In this document: positions 25,970 to 34,924 of the stretch, in pieces
Layout: each line of letters starts with the position of its first letter
Position numbering within the stretch: the first letter of the stretch is position 1
From: a virus
Lineage: Duplodnaviria > Caudoviricetes
Virus record (IMG/VR): IMGVR_UViG_3300025127_000092
Location: 1-38,671 of that record
Direction: 5' to 3' (one strand)
DNA length: 38,671 nt
The notes under the pieces: model-generated
Told to the model about the DNA's origin: nothing
Databases searched by the model: none
The model's input: only the letters and a program-made list of their open reading frames with translations
Program-made: the position numbers and the translations under genes

Positions 25970-28900
25970 TGGCTGATCTTCAAACTTTGAATGAAGAGGA
26001 GTTTAATTCTCTTCACCCATCGCTACAGGAATATTTTAAGGCTGGTATTGATACCAATCCTTATGGTGATAGATTAGTTACAGAAAAAAACTTTTTTAAT
26101 TTAAATTTATTTGGATCAGATTATAACTCATTAGATCCTAATCTTACAGAAAGAACTGAAAAAAATAGAGAAAAATTAGGTATTGGTGGTGCAGCTAAGT
26201 ATGGATTTAAAAGTGGTATATCTGCAGGAATGGAATTACTTGGCAGTATACCTGGTGGACTAGATAGATTTTATGATTGGTCAAGAACTACATTAGGATT
26301 TGAACCAACAGAAGATAGTATCTTTGATCATGTTGAAGATTACTTAAAAGATGTAGCACAAAAAATTGGACCTGATGAAAGAATGTTAAAACCAACAGGT
26401 TTTGCTGAAAAAGTTGCTGCAGGTTTTGGTGAAGCTATCCCTGCTATTATTTCTTACATACCAGCAATTAAAGGATTACAAGCACTAAGAGGTGTTGGTA
26501 GATTAGGTACAGCTTTAGCAAATAGAAATTTACCTGCAGGTATTGCTCTTACAGATATTACAAGAGAAATAGATGATGGTAAGTTTCATGATATTGCAAT
26601 GGCAGGTGCTTATGGTTATGGTACTGGTAAGATATTACAAATTGCAAATAGATTAAATATACTTCCTAGAATGGGGGTACTTGGTGCTACAGGATTTGTT
26701 AGTGCAGGTTGGGAATCAAGTCTAGAAGATAGATTAGCTGCAACAACTGTATGGGCAGGATTAGGTGCATTTGGACCTATAGCTGAAGGTAAATCTATTA
26801 AAAGAACATTAACTGATTATGAAGTACGTGCTAAACAATTAGTAGGTCAAATAGAAAAACCAACTAGTGTCAAAGAAAGATCTGAACAAATTAGATTAGA
26901 GCTTGATAATTTAAAAAAAGATGCTGTTGAATTAAAAATAGGTAATGAAGTTATCTATAATAATAAAGGTGATAAAGCAGAAATATTAGCTTTTAATAAA
27001 AAAGATAGAAAAAAAGGTGTTGATAATGATTATTATGTTTTAAGAGATAATAATAAACCTGATGCAAAAGATTTTGTAATGGAGCCTAGCCTTTTAAAAA
27101 GTAGAAATAAAATATTAGACACAGACAAAGTTCAAGGGTTAGAAAAAACATTAAATCAATTATCTAAAGTAGAAGATCAATTAGGTCCAGTTAGACTGTT
27201 AGCTGCAGAAAATATTGGTAAGATTGCAGTAACTATAAGAAAACATGAGACAATACTTGAAGCACATAACAAAGCACTAAAGTTTGAAGAAACAAATAAA
27301 GAATTAATATCACAAGGTAAAGAACCAAAACCTACACCAAAAGAATTTCAAGATAATTTATTATCTACAGAACAAGCTGCTAAAGTAGAAAAACATATTA
27401 AAGATTTAAAAGATGAAGCTAAAGCATTTGGTAAAGTAGTATATAATAATACAGATTATAATATAGGTATATTTGGTAGAGATACTAGACCAGTTGATTT
27501 ATTTAAACAAGATATGTTTAATGAAGCAGGTAATGCTAAATATAATGATTTACCTGTATCAACTATACAAACTATAAAAGAAAAAGCTATAACTCCTAAA
27601 TTTATGGATCATCCTGTTCTTAAGTATGTTAATGATAAGATAGAAGTATTTCATAGAAAGACAGAGAACTTAGCAGAACAAATAGCATATGATCCTGCAT
27701 TTACTATGGAAAGTAAATTGTTTCCTGGTAGAAATAAAGGTGAACCTTTAGGTGATTATGTACTAAGACTTAACTCATCTTTTGAAGCTGTAAGATCTGT
27801 AGGTATGAGAAAGTTAAGAACACTTGATGGTTCATTAACTGAATTTAATGTACTTACACAAAAAAATCCTTTAAAAACAAAACAGTTTGTAGACAAAGCA
27901 TTTAGAATTGAAATAGATAAACAAAGAGAAGCTAAAAAAAATAGAGAAAAATATACTACAAGAGTAGAACCTAATGAAGGCAGAGTTAGAGAATCAACAA
28001 AAGATTTAACTCCAGATGAAATTAAAAGAATAGAAGACTTACAGCAAAGTAGAACTGAAAGTAATAAAATGGAAATAGATGCTGAGATAAATAATATTCT
28101 TGGCAAAAATCCATTTGTACCTTTAAAAGAAGGTTACTTTAAATATGAAGTAACTAATAAAGAATTAAAAGAAAAGTACAAAATGGATGAACAAGAAATT
28201 AGAATGTATCGTGGTATTCGTGGTGCAGTTGATAAAGTAGTAGATACATACAATGCATCAGTTAAAAATAATAAAGATAATAATGGTGCAACAGTTATAG
28301 AAAAAATACCTAATTATCTACCACATATATTTGAAGGTGACTTTAGAGTATTCTTAAAAACTTGGAAAGGTAAAAAAGGTTATCAAGTAGATACTGCAAT
28401 AGGTGCTAGTAATAAAGCATCTGCAAATGCAATAGCTAAATATTTTCAACAAGAGTATGGTGCAGTTCTTAAAGATTCTAAAAGTTATAATACTAAAGTT
28501 AAAGATGGTGACTATATTGTGCAGATAGGTAAAATAAATAAAGAACCTATTGGTACAGAACAACTAAGTGCATTTAATAGATTATTTGAAAACTATGATT
28601 TAACTGAAAGTGCATTTATTAAATACCAAGAAGCTATTGATAAAGCAAGACAACAAACAGGATTTAAAAAGTTTTCTATTCAAAGGCAAGGTGTAAAAGG
28701 ATTTTTAGGTAGTGAATTAAATGCTAGAGAGTTTTTTTTAAAATCACTTAGAAAAGATAAAAATTTAAATTTAAAACAATCTAGAGATTTTGAAAGTGCT
28801 ATTCTTACTTATATCAAAGGTGGATTAAGAGCTGCTGATAGATTAGATTTTAATCGTGAATTTGGTAGAATCATGAATGAACCTGTTATTGCAGCAGATG

Positions 28901-30696
28901 GTAGCAGAAAAACAATTGCACAAGTATATCCAAATGCAAAAAATTTAGCAGAACAATTAAAACAAAATGCGTATGGTGAATTAAGCACTAATAAATTTAT
29001 AGAAAAATTTGAACAAATAGGATCTGATTATATTGGTCAAAGTGGTTTAGCTAAGTTTCTTGGAGGTGCAAACCAAGTTACTCTAAACTTTAAACTATTG
29101 TTTGGTAATATGAGATTTATATTATCACAAGCATTACAACCATATCATATGATATTTCCTAAGTTAATGGATTTAAAATATTCAGGTTTTGATAAGGGTA
29201 ATGTAGCATTATCTCAAGTAAAAGCATTTAAAGATTTATTCTTTCCTAATAAAGAAATGAAAGAAGTAATTGAGTATATGTATAGAAATAATGTTGTAGA
29301 ACAAAAATTTTTAAATGAAGCATCAGCAGGATTAAAACCACTATTAGGTGCAAAAGAATTTAAAAAATTTAAAGATCCTTTTGGTAGAAAAGTATTTGAT
29401 TATAATAGACTTTTAAAAGTATTAACATTACAAGATGTTAGTGGTAAAGTAGAACAAGTTAGTAGACTTAATGCATCATTAATGTTTTACAATTTATTTA
29501 AATCAGCTGGAAAATCTAAACAATACTCATTAGAAAATGCAGCTTATCTTGCAAATAAATATATGGTTGAGTATAATTATTTAGAACAGCCAGGCATTTA
29601 TGGTGCTAGAGGTATGGGTGCAATAGGTAAACCTTTTGGTTTATTTAAAACATTCCAACATAACTACTTATCACAACTTGCAGAGTATGCTGTTAAAGGT
29701 CGTAGAATAAAAGGTTTTAAAGATCCTATACCTGATGCAGGATTAGTTGCATTTATGACTCAAATGGTTTTTGCCGCAGGTGTATTTGGTGTAATAGGTT
29801 ATCAAACTGCAGAAACTATTTTAGAAAAAATGTCACCAACTATACAAAAAATTACAGGTAAGCCGTTACCATCATTAACAGAATTAATGTTGACAAGTGA
29901 TATACCTAACGTAGTTAAATATGGTATACCTTCAGCTGCACTAGATGTTGACTTAACTGCTACACTAGCAGCACCTGGTGTATCTGTACAAGATTTAGTT
30001 AGTGTTCCAGCATTAGATTTTTTAGGATTAAATCCTATTAGACCTTTTGAAGTAGGTAAAGGTAGAGGTCTTATACCATCATCATTTAATTTATTAGTTA
30101 AAAGTTTAACTAGTGATGATCCATATGAAAAACGTGAAGCATATGTCCAATGGTTACAATCAGGTGTACCTACGTCTATGCAAGGAGCTGTAGAAGCATA
30201 TTATATGGGTATACCTAATCCAGTTAATTATTGGAAGTTTTGGAGTTTAAAAAATGAATCAGAAGATGTATTTAAATATCCTAACTATGGTCCACAAAGA
30301 GATCCATTTAAAAGAGGTAGAGGAGAAGTTATTAGAACATTTGGTGATTGGAGAGCAAGAACATTATCAGCATATTCACTAGATGAAAAAGAAGCTCTTA
30401 AACTTGTATATGTAGCAACAAGATTAAAGTCTAACTTAAGAGATGATATTAGTTCTTATCTTGTAGCAGGTGCACATCATCTAATGAAAGATGGATTTGT
30501 ACCTTTATATTTAGTAGATAAACTAATGAAGTTTGGTTTAACATATGAACAAATATTCGAAAGAATAATTAATAGATCACAGCTTATGAATACAACTATC
30601 TTACAAAGACTTCAAAAAAACACTAGAAGTTTAACAGCTAATGAAAGAATACAAAGACTTAGAAATGAAACTCTAAGTCATGGTTGGAGCAACTAA
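25969..30696 (+). CDS. Large internal virion / ejection protein (1575 aa)
   Basis: Largest ORF, helical, with Gly/Ala-rich hydrophobic stretches; T7 gp16-like position before the lysis genes. Confidence 0.75.
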   Translation: MADLQTLNEEEFNSLHPSLQEYFKAGIDTNPYGDRLVTEKNFFNLNLFGSDYNSLDPNLTERTEKNREKLGIGGAAKYGFKSGISAGMELLGSIPGGLDRFYDWSRTTLGFEPTEDSIFDHVEDYLKDVAQKIGPDERMLKPTGFAEKVAAGFGEAIPAIISYIPAIKGLQALRGVGRLGTALANRNLPAGIALTDITREIDDGKFHDIAMAGAYGYGTGKILQIANRLNILPRMGVLGATGFVSAGWESSLEDRLAATTVWAGLGAFGPIAEGKSIKRTLTDYEVRAKQLVGQIEKPTSVKERSEQIRLELDNLKKDAVELKIGNEVIYNNKGDKAEILAFNKKDRKKGVDNDYYVLRDNNKPDAKDFVMEPSLLKSRNKILDTDKVQGLEKTLNQLSKVEDQLGPVRLLAAENIGKIAVTIRKHETILEAHNKALKFEETNKELISQGKEPKPTPKEFQDNLLSTEQAAKVEKHIKDLKDEAKAFGKVVYNNTDYNIGIFGRDTRPVDLFKQDMFNEAGNAKYNDLPVSTIQTIKEKAITPKFMDHPVLKYVNDKIEVFHRKTENLAEQIAYDPAFTMESKLFPGRNKGEPLGDYVLRLNSSFEAVRSVGMRKLRTLDGSLTEFNVLTQKNPLKTKQFVDKAFRIEIDKQREAKKNREKYTTRVEPNEGRVRESTKDLTPDEIKRIEDLQQSRTESNKMEIDAEINNILGKNPFVPLKEGYFKYEVTNKELKEKYKMDEQEIRMYRGIRGAVDKVVDTYNASVKNNKDNNGATVIEKIPNYLPHIFEGDFRVFLKTWKGKKGYQVDTAIGASNKASANAIAKYFQQEYGAVLKDSKSYNTKVKDGDYIVQIGKINKEPIGTEQLSAFNRLFENYDLTESAFIKYQEAIDKARQQTGFKKFSIQRQGVKGFLGSELNAREFFLKSLRKDKNLNLKQSRDFESAILTYIKGGLRAADRLDFNREFGRIMNEPVIAADGSRKTIAQVYPNAKNLAEQLKQNAYGELSTNKFIEKFEQIGSDYIGQSGLAKFLGGANQVTLNFKLLFGNMRFILSQALQPYHMIFPKLMDLKYSGFDKGNVALSQVKAFKDLFFPNKEMKEVIEYMYRNNVVEQKFLNEASAGLKPLLGAKEFKKFKDPFGRKVFDYNRLLKVLTLQDVSGKVEQVSRLNASLMFYNLFKSAGKSKQYSLENAAYLANKYMVEYNYLEQPGIYGARGMGAIGKPFGLFKTFQHNYLSQLAEYAVKGRRIKGFKDPIPDAGLVAFMTQMVFAAGVFGVIGYQTAETILEKMSPTIQKITGKPLPSLTELMLTSDIPNVVKYGIPSAALDVDLTATLAAPGVSVQDLVSVPALDFLGLNPIRPFEVGKGRGLIPSSFNLLVKSLTSDDPYEKREAYVQWLQSGVPTSMQGAVEAYYMGIPNPVNYWKFWSLKNESEDVFKYPNYGPQRDPFKRGRGEVIRTFGDWRARTLSAYSLDEKEALKLVYVATRLKSNLRDDISSYLVAGAHHLMKDGFVPLYLVDKLMKFGLTYEQIFERIINRSQLMNTTILQRLQKNTRSLTANERIQRLRNETLSHGWSN

Positions 30697-30697
30697 A

Positions 30698-30913
30698 ATG
30701 GCCAAGCAACCCAAAACTACAAGTGAGCACTTAATATCATTGTATGGTTATATAACTGGGTTAAAAAGAGAAGTTTCACAAATAAAAAATAATCATCTTA
30801 AGCATTTGCATGAAGATGTGGATAAGTTGCATGGGAAGGTAGATAAGCTACTATATGCAATACTGGGCGGGCTAGGGGCGACAATACTAACACTAATAGG
30901 ACTATTTTACTAA
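30698..30913 (+). CDS. Coiled-coil protein with C-terminal TM helix (holin/lysis-associated)
   Basis: GGAG SD before ATG 30698; IKNNHLKHL...LLYAILGGLGATILTLIGLFY; coupled to the endolysin. Confidence 0.65.
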   Translation: MAKQPKTTSEHLISLYGYITGLKREVSQIKNNHLKHLHEDVDKLHGKVDKLLYAILGGLGATILTLIGLFY

Positions 30914-31341
30914 TGGACAAAAGACAGAAAACAGATATAATAGTAATACATTGCACACAAACTCCATCAGATATGGATTTTGGTGTAGATAAAGTAACAC
31001 AATGGCACAAAAATCGTGGCTTTGATACTATTGGATATCACTACTTAATTAAAAGAGATGGCACATTACAAGTTGGAAGAGATGAAGATGTTGTAGGTGC
31101 TCATGCAGTACAGGTTAATGGTACATCAATAGGTGTAGCATTAGTCGGTGGTGGTACAGTTGATATGGGATGGGAAGATAATTTCTTACCAGAACAATTT
31201 GAAACATTGAAAAGTATATTACTAAGATTAAAAGAAAAATACAACATAGAAAAAATAATAGGACACTATCAAGTTGAGGATAAAAAGAAATGTCCATCAT
31301 TTGATGTACCTAAATGGTTGGAGGAAAATGGCTTGGTTTAG
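30913..31341 (+). CDS. Endolysin, N-acetylmuramoyl-L-alanine amidase (T7 lysozyme-like)
   Basis: IVIHCT, IGYHYLI, GAHA, IIGH and KCPSFDV zinc-amidase motifs. Confidence 0.95.
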   Translation: MDKRQKTDIIVIHCTQTPSDMDFGVDKVTQWHKNRGFDTIGYHYLIKRDGTLQVGRDEDVVGAHAVQVNGTSIGVALVGGGTVDMGWEDNFLPEQFETLKSILLRLKEKYNIEKIIGHYQVEDKKKCPSFDVPKWLEENGLV

Positions 31342-31714
31342 TTTAGCAAAGCTAGCATTAAATGCTGGCACACATATTTATAAAAAACGTCAAGAAACAA
31401 AAATGGCTATGGCAGATGCACAACACATGCATGCTATTAAGATGGCCAAGGGTGAGGAATCTTACCAAGGTAAACTCCTAGAAGCCCGACAGTCAGACTG
31501 GAAAGACGAGGCAGTTTTGATAATTCTAAGTTTGCCCGTGTTGGTGCTTGCTTGGGCAGTCATATCGGATGATCCAACTGCGATGGACAAAGTAAAATTA
31601 TTTTTCGATATGTTTTCACAGCTTCCGTCATGGTTCACAAATTTGTGGATTCTTGTCGTAGCGAGCATTTATGGTATTAAGGGTACACAGATCTTCCGTA
31701 ACGGAAAAAAATAA
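31328..31714 (+). CDS. Putative holin (two C-terminal TM helices)
   Basis: GGAGG SD before ATG 31328; SDWKDE + TM ... LPSWF + TM + YGIKG. Confidence 0.7.
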   Translation: MAWFSLAKLALNAGTHIYKKRQETKMAMADAQHMHAIKMAKGEESYQGKLLEARQSDWKDEAVLIILSLPVLVLAWAVISDDPTAMDKVKLFFDMFSQLPSWFTNLWILVVASIYGIKGTQIFRNGKK

Positions 31715-31971
31715 TGTCTGAAAACAGTTTTGAACTGATAACGGAATACAAAGATCAAATCCGTATACTTCGACAAGAAGTAGCAGAACTACAAGATGCT
31801 GGTAAATCTAAAGATTCAGCTAATAAAAGATGTTTACAAAAATTAGAACATACTAATGAAGATTTAGAAAAAGCAAATAAAAGAATTAAAGAATTAGAAA
31901 ACAAACTTAACAAGGTAGAGAAAAACTATGATCAAAAAGATAAAAGAGAAAATAAAGAATCTTTGGGATAG
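31714..31971 (+). CDS. Coiled-coil hypothetical protein (85 aa)
   Basis: TAATG-coupled; heptad pattern. Confidence 0.7.
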   Translation: MSENSFELITEYKDQIRILRQEVAELQDAGKSKDSANKRCLQKLEHTNEDLEKANKRIKELENKLNKVEKNYDQKDKRENKESLG

Positions 31972-32002
31972 ATTTGTTGCTTGGCTGTTTAGCTGGCAAT
32001 AA
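31928..32002 (+). CDS. Amphipathic micro-peptide (24 aa), not in ORF track
   Basis: MIKKIKEKIKNLWDRFVAWLFSWQ; TAATG-coupled to the next gene. Confidence 0.5.
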   Translation: MIKKIKEKIKNLWDRFVAWLFSWQ

Positions 32003-32223
32003 TGAAATTGTCCTTAATACTTATTTTATGTTCAGCAATACAATCCACTTGCATGCCACCAATGCATACTGGTCTACAGTATAGTAGTTGGAATGACTGT
32101 ATGATTGCAGGTTATGAACAATCTTTGGAATTTTTAAAAGCATCTGGTCCAGAGCAAATAAATAAAAATGAACTATATGTAAAATTTGTTTGCTTAGAAA
32201 ATATGGAAGAGGAGAATACTTAA
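32002..32223 (+). CDS. Small 4-Cys protein with hydrophobic N-terminus
   Basis: MKLSLILILC...C...C...KFVC. Confidence 0.7.
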   Translation: MKLSLILILCSAIQSTCMPPMHTGLQYSSWNDCMIAGYEQSLEFLKASGPEQINKNELYVKFVCLENMEEENT

Positions 32224-32226
32224 TTA

Positions 32227-32355
32227 ATGACTAAACCAACTAAATTTTTTAAATGGGTTGTTAAATTAAGAATGTGGTATGCTGATATAAGAGGACACCA
32301 TGGTAAGAAATGGAATTATGAACCAGGTGATCATTACATGGGGAGAAAGAAATGA
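32227..32355 (+). CDS. Micro-protein (42 aa), not in ORF track
   Basis: MTKPTKFFKWVVKLRMWYADIRGHHGKKWNYEPGDHYMGRKK; GAGGAG upstream; ATGA overlap with the next gene. Confidence 0.65.
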   Translation: MTKPTKFFKWVVKLRMWYADIRGHHGKKWNYEPGDHYMGRKK

Positions 32356-32774
32356 GTAATAAACCTTTATCAATATCTGAATCGGCTGCTGTGCAGATGC
32401 CTATGAAAACGGTTGCTAGTTTGATTGTAATCGTAGCACTTGGCACTATGGGCTACTTTCAGATTGTAGAACGTATTAATATTGCAGATACTAAAATAAA
32501 AATAATGGAACAAGACGTTGAACAAAACACAGAGTTTAGAATTAAATGGCCTCGTGGACAAATGGGCTCACTGCCCGCAGATTCTGAGCAATACATGATG
32601 TTGGAGGATTTATATAAAACTACTGATCGTTTAAATAAACATATTGAGTCAATGGCATTAAACAAAGTAAATATAGAATTTTTAACAAAGCAAATGGATA
32701 AAGTTTTAGTAGATATAGAAAAATTAAAAGATGCTAACAGAGATCTTGGCTATACAAATGGTAAAACACAATGA
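32352..32774 (+). CDS. Membrane-anchored coiled-coil protein (140 aa)
   Basis: TM segment VASLIVIVALGTMGYF followed by a coiled coil containing KWPRG. Confidence 0.75.
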   Translation: MSNKPLSISESAAVQMPMKTVASLIVIVALGTMGYFQIVERINIADTKIKIMEQDVEQNTEFRIKWPRGQMGSLPADSEQYMMLEDLYKTTDRLNKHIESMALNKVNIEFLTKQMDKVLVDIEKLKDANRDLGYTNGKTQ

Positions 32775-32983
32775 TAGAAGCTGTAGTAGGATTATTAATG
32801 TTTATAAATGGAGAGATTAAAGAGCATAGAATACAAGATAATATGGCTTCTTGTCTTCGTGCAAAACGTATAGCAGAACGGCAATATTCTGAATCAGTGT
32901 CTTATAAATGCTGGCAAGGTAAGGCAGAAACAGAAGTATACATGGGTGAAAAGAGTATTAAAAAGATTATCTTATCTGAATAA
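32771..32983 (+). CDS. Small protein with Cys pair (70 aa)
   Basis: ATGA-coupled; CLRAKRIAER...YKC. Confidence 0.7.
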   Translation: MIEAVVGLLMFINGEIKEHRIQDNMASCLRAKRIAERQYSESVSYKCWQGKAETEVYMGEKSIKKIILSE

Positions 32984-33086
32984 TTTTGCAAAGATGCTAA
33001 GAGATGCAAGATTTAGGCAACACAGATTAAATAGTAAAAAAATATATAATAGAAAAAAATATAACTTAAAAAAATTAGAGGATTAA
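32946..33086 (+). CDS. Basic micro-protein, ArfA-like; start uncertain (GTG 32946 or ATG 32994)
   Basis: ...NNFAKMLRDARFRQHRLNSKKIYNRKKYNLKKLED exactly fills the gap before 33090. Confidence 0.55.
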   Translation: MKRVLKRLSYLNNFAKMLRDARFRQHRLNSKKIYNRKKYNLKKLED

Positions 33087-33089
33087 AAT

Positions 33090-33758
33090 ATGTATTTAAA
33101 CGCTAATATACCGCCAATAGAATGTTATGTAAGAGGTAATTATCTAAGAGATCAAAAAGATTCTCATGATAAATACTTTGAGTGTGTTGTATTTGGTTTT
33201 ACATCTATACCAAAACAAGTACCTTTATTTCATTACATGATGACTGATGGTGGCATTTGGTGGAGAGCACCTGTATCTGCATTCTGTAAAAAACCTGGTG
33301 TAAAAGAATTACCCTTAAATGAATTAATGTTATGGGATTCATTTAGTTATAATGTAAGTGTTACTAGATTTTATCAATTACAAGGATGTAAAATGACTTA
33401 TACATCTAGAAGAAAAAAACAAAGAGAAGGCACATATTTATTTACAATAGATTGGTGTGCAGGTGATTATAATGAATTAGATTTTGGTTATGCAGAAAAA
33501 CCAGATCAACACAAATGTGGTCATGTTATAGAGTTAGATGATGGTAATTATGCTATACAACCTAATAATAGATTAAGAATATTTGATCCTTCTATGGCAG
33601 CTGACCCTAGCAAACCTCTCATACACAGACTAGTTAATACTAGAATATGGTCTGTAGAAGATACATCTAAATGGATAACTGATGAAAATGAAGAAGGCAG
33701 TTATGATTATGATTATAAGGAGATAAAAGATGGCGAAGAAGAAAAGCACAGTAAATAA
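33090..33758 (+). CDS. Conserved phage protein of unknown function (222 aa)
   Basis: YLNANIP...LWDSFSY...YLFTIDW...HKCGH...GNYAIQPNNR; AGAGG SD. Confidence 0.85.
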   Translation: MYLNANIPPIECYVRGNYLRDQKDSHDKYFECVVFGFTSIPKQVPLFHYMMTDGGIWWRAPVSAFCKKPGVKELPLNELMLWDSFSYNVSVTRFYQLQGCKMTYTSRRKKQREGTYLFTIDWCAGDYNELDFGYAEKPDQHKCGHVIELDDGNYAIQPNNRLRIFDPSMAADPSKPLIHRLVNTRIWSVEDTSKWITDENEEGSYDYDYKEIKDGEEEKHSK

Positions 33759-33909
33759 AGCAGGCAACTATACAAAACCTGGTATGAGAAAACGAATGTT
33801 TAACTCTATCATGGCTGGATCAAAGGGCGGAAAGCCTGGACAATGGTCAGCAAGAAAAGCCCAGATGCTAGCTAAAAAATACAAGGCAGCTGGTGGTGGT
33901 TACAAGTAA
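33730..33909 (+). CDS. Basic protein, DUF5872-like N-terminal half (59 aa), not in ORF track
   Basis: AGGAG SD; NYTKPGMRKR...GSKGGKPGQWSARKAQMLAKKYKAAGGGYK. Confidence 0.85.
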   Translation: MAKKKSTVNKAGNYTKPGMRKRMFNSIMAGSKGGKPGQWSARKAQMLAKKYKAAGGGYK

Positions 33910-34013
33910 TGATAACTTTTATTAAAAAAATATTAGGTATTACTGATTTAGAATATAAAGTTAGATTACTACAAAGAAAAAATTATTGGAGAGATAAATA
34001 TAAACATGGTTAA
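33909..34013 (+). CDS. Micro-protein (34 aa), not in ORF track
   Basis: TAATG-coupled; MITFIKKILGITDLEYKVRLLQRKNYWRDKYKHG. Confidence 0.6.
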   Translation: MITFIKKILGITDLEYKVRLLQRKNYWRDKYKHG

Positions 34014-34134
34014 GAAAATAAAAAAAGTTGCTAAAGCATTAAAGAAAGCATCAGCTTTACATAAAAAACAAAGTAAAGTTATTGAGAATCATATTAAAGA
34101 AATGAAATCTTATGGCAAAAAAAAGAGATCCTAA
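34006..34134 (+). CDS. Basic helical micro-protein (42 aa), not in ORF track
   Basis: MVKKIKKVAKALKKASALHKKQSKVIENHIKEMKSYGKKKRS. Confidence 0.65.
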   Translation: MVKKIKKVAKALKKASALHKKQSKVIENHIKEMKSYGKKKRS

Positions 34135-34399
34135 AGTAGGTACAGGTAAAAAACCAAAAGGATCTGGTAGGAGACTTTATACAGATGAGAATCCTAAAGA
34201 TACTGTTGGAATTAAGTTTGCGACTCCTGCTGATGCTCGTAAGACTGTTGCAAAAGTTAAAAAGATATCTAAACCATTTGCAAGGAAAATACAGATATTG
34301 ACTGTAGGTGAACAAAGAGCAAAGGTTATGGGTAAAACACAGGTAGCATCTATATTTAAAAAAGGAAAAGAAAGCATAAGAAAAGGGAGAAAAACGTAA
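34112..34399 (+). CDS. Basic conserved phage protein (95 aa)
   Basis: GTGKKPKGSGRRLYTDENPKDTV...EQRAKVMGK. Confidence 0.85.
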   Translation: MAKKRDPKVGTGKKPKGSGRRLYTDENPKDTVGIKFATPADARKTVAKVKKISKPFARKIQILTVGEQRAKVMGKTQVASIFKKGKESIRKGRKT

Positions 34400-34647
34400 T
34401 GGCACTCGCAAAGAGTCAAAGAAGTTTAAAAGCGTGGAGCAAGCAAAAATGGCGAACAAAATCTGGCAAAAAATCATCAGAAACTGGAGAAAGATATTTA
34501 CCAGAAAAAGCTATAAAGGCAATGTCATCTGCAGAGTATGCGGCAACGACAAGAGCAAAACGCCAAGGAACAAAAAAGGGCAAACAACATGTGAGGCAAC
34601 CAAAAGCAATTGCAAAAAAAACAGCTAAATATAGGAGATACAGCTAA
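34399..34647 (+). CDS. Basic protein, DUF5872-like C-terminal half (82 aa)
   Basis: SQRSLKAWSKQKWRTK...ERYLP...ATTRAKR.G.KKGKQHV. Confidence 0.85.
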   Translation: MALAKSQRSLKAWSKQKWRTKSGKKSSETGERYLPEKAIKAMSSAEYAATTRAKRQGTKKGKQHVRQPKAIAKKTAKYRRYS

Positions 34648-34790
34648 TGATGAAAAATGGTATGAAAATGAAAAATGGTATGAAAAATGGTATGAAGAAA
34701 AAAAGTGTGCCTAAAAAACACAAAGGTTTTTCTAAGTTACCAGAAGCAGTACAAAGAAAAATAAATAAAAAATTAGCAAAGAAAGTATAA
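34647..34790 (+). CDS. Basic micro-protein with MKNG repeats (47 aa), not in ORF track
   Basis: TAATG-coupled; MMKNGMKMKNGMKNGMKKKSVPKKHKGFSKLPEAVQRKINKKLAKKV. Confidence 0.7.
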   Translation: MMKNGMKMKNGMKNGMKKKSVPKKHKGFSKLPEAVQRKINKKLAKKV

Positions 34791-34924
34791 TGAGAAAAGG
34801 ACTTTATGCTAATATCCATGCTAAAAGAAAGCGTGGTGAAAAAATGAGAAAGAAAGGTGCTAAAGGTGCACCCACTGCTGCACAATTTAAACGTGCAGCA
34901 ATGACAGTTAAAGGTAAAAAATAA
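34790..34924 (+). CDS. Basic micro-protein (44 aa), not in ORF track
   Basis: TAATG-coupled at both ends; MRKGLYANIHAKRKRGEKMRKKGAKGAPTAAQFKRAAMTVKGKK. Confidence 0.8.
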   Translation: MRKGLYANIHAKRKRGEKMRKKGAKGAPTAAQFKRAAMTVKGKK

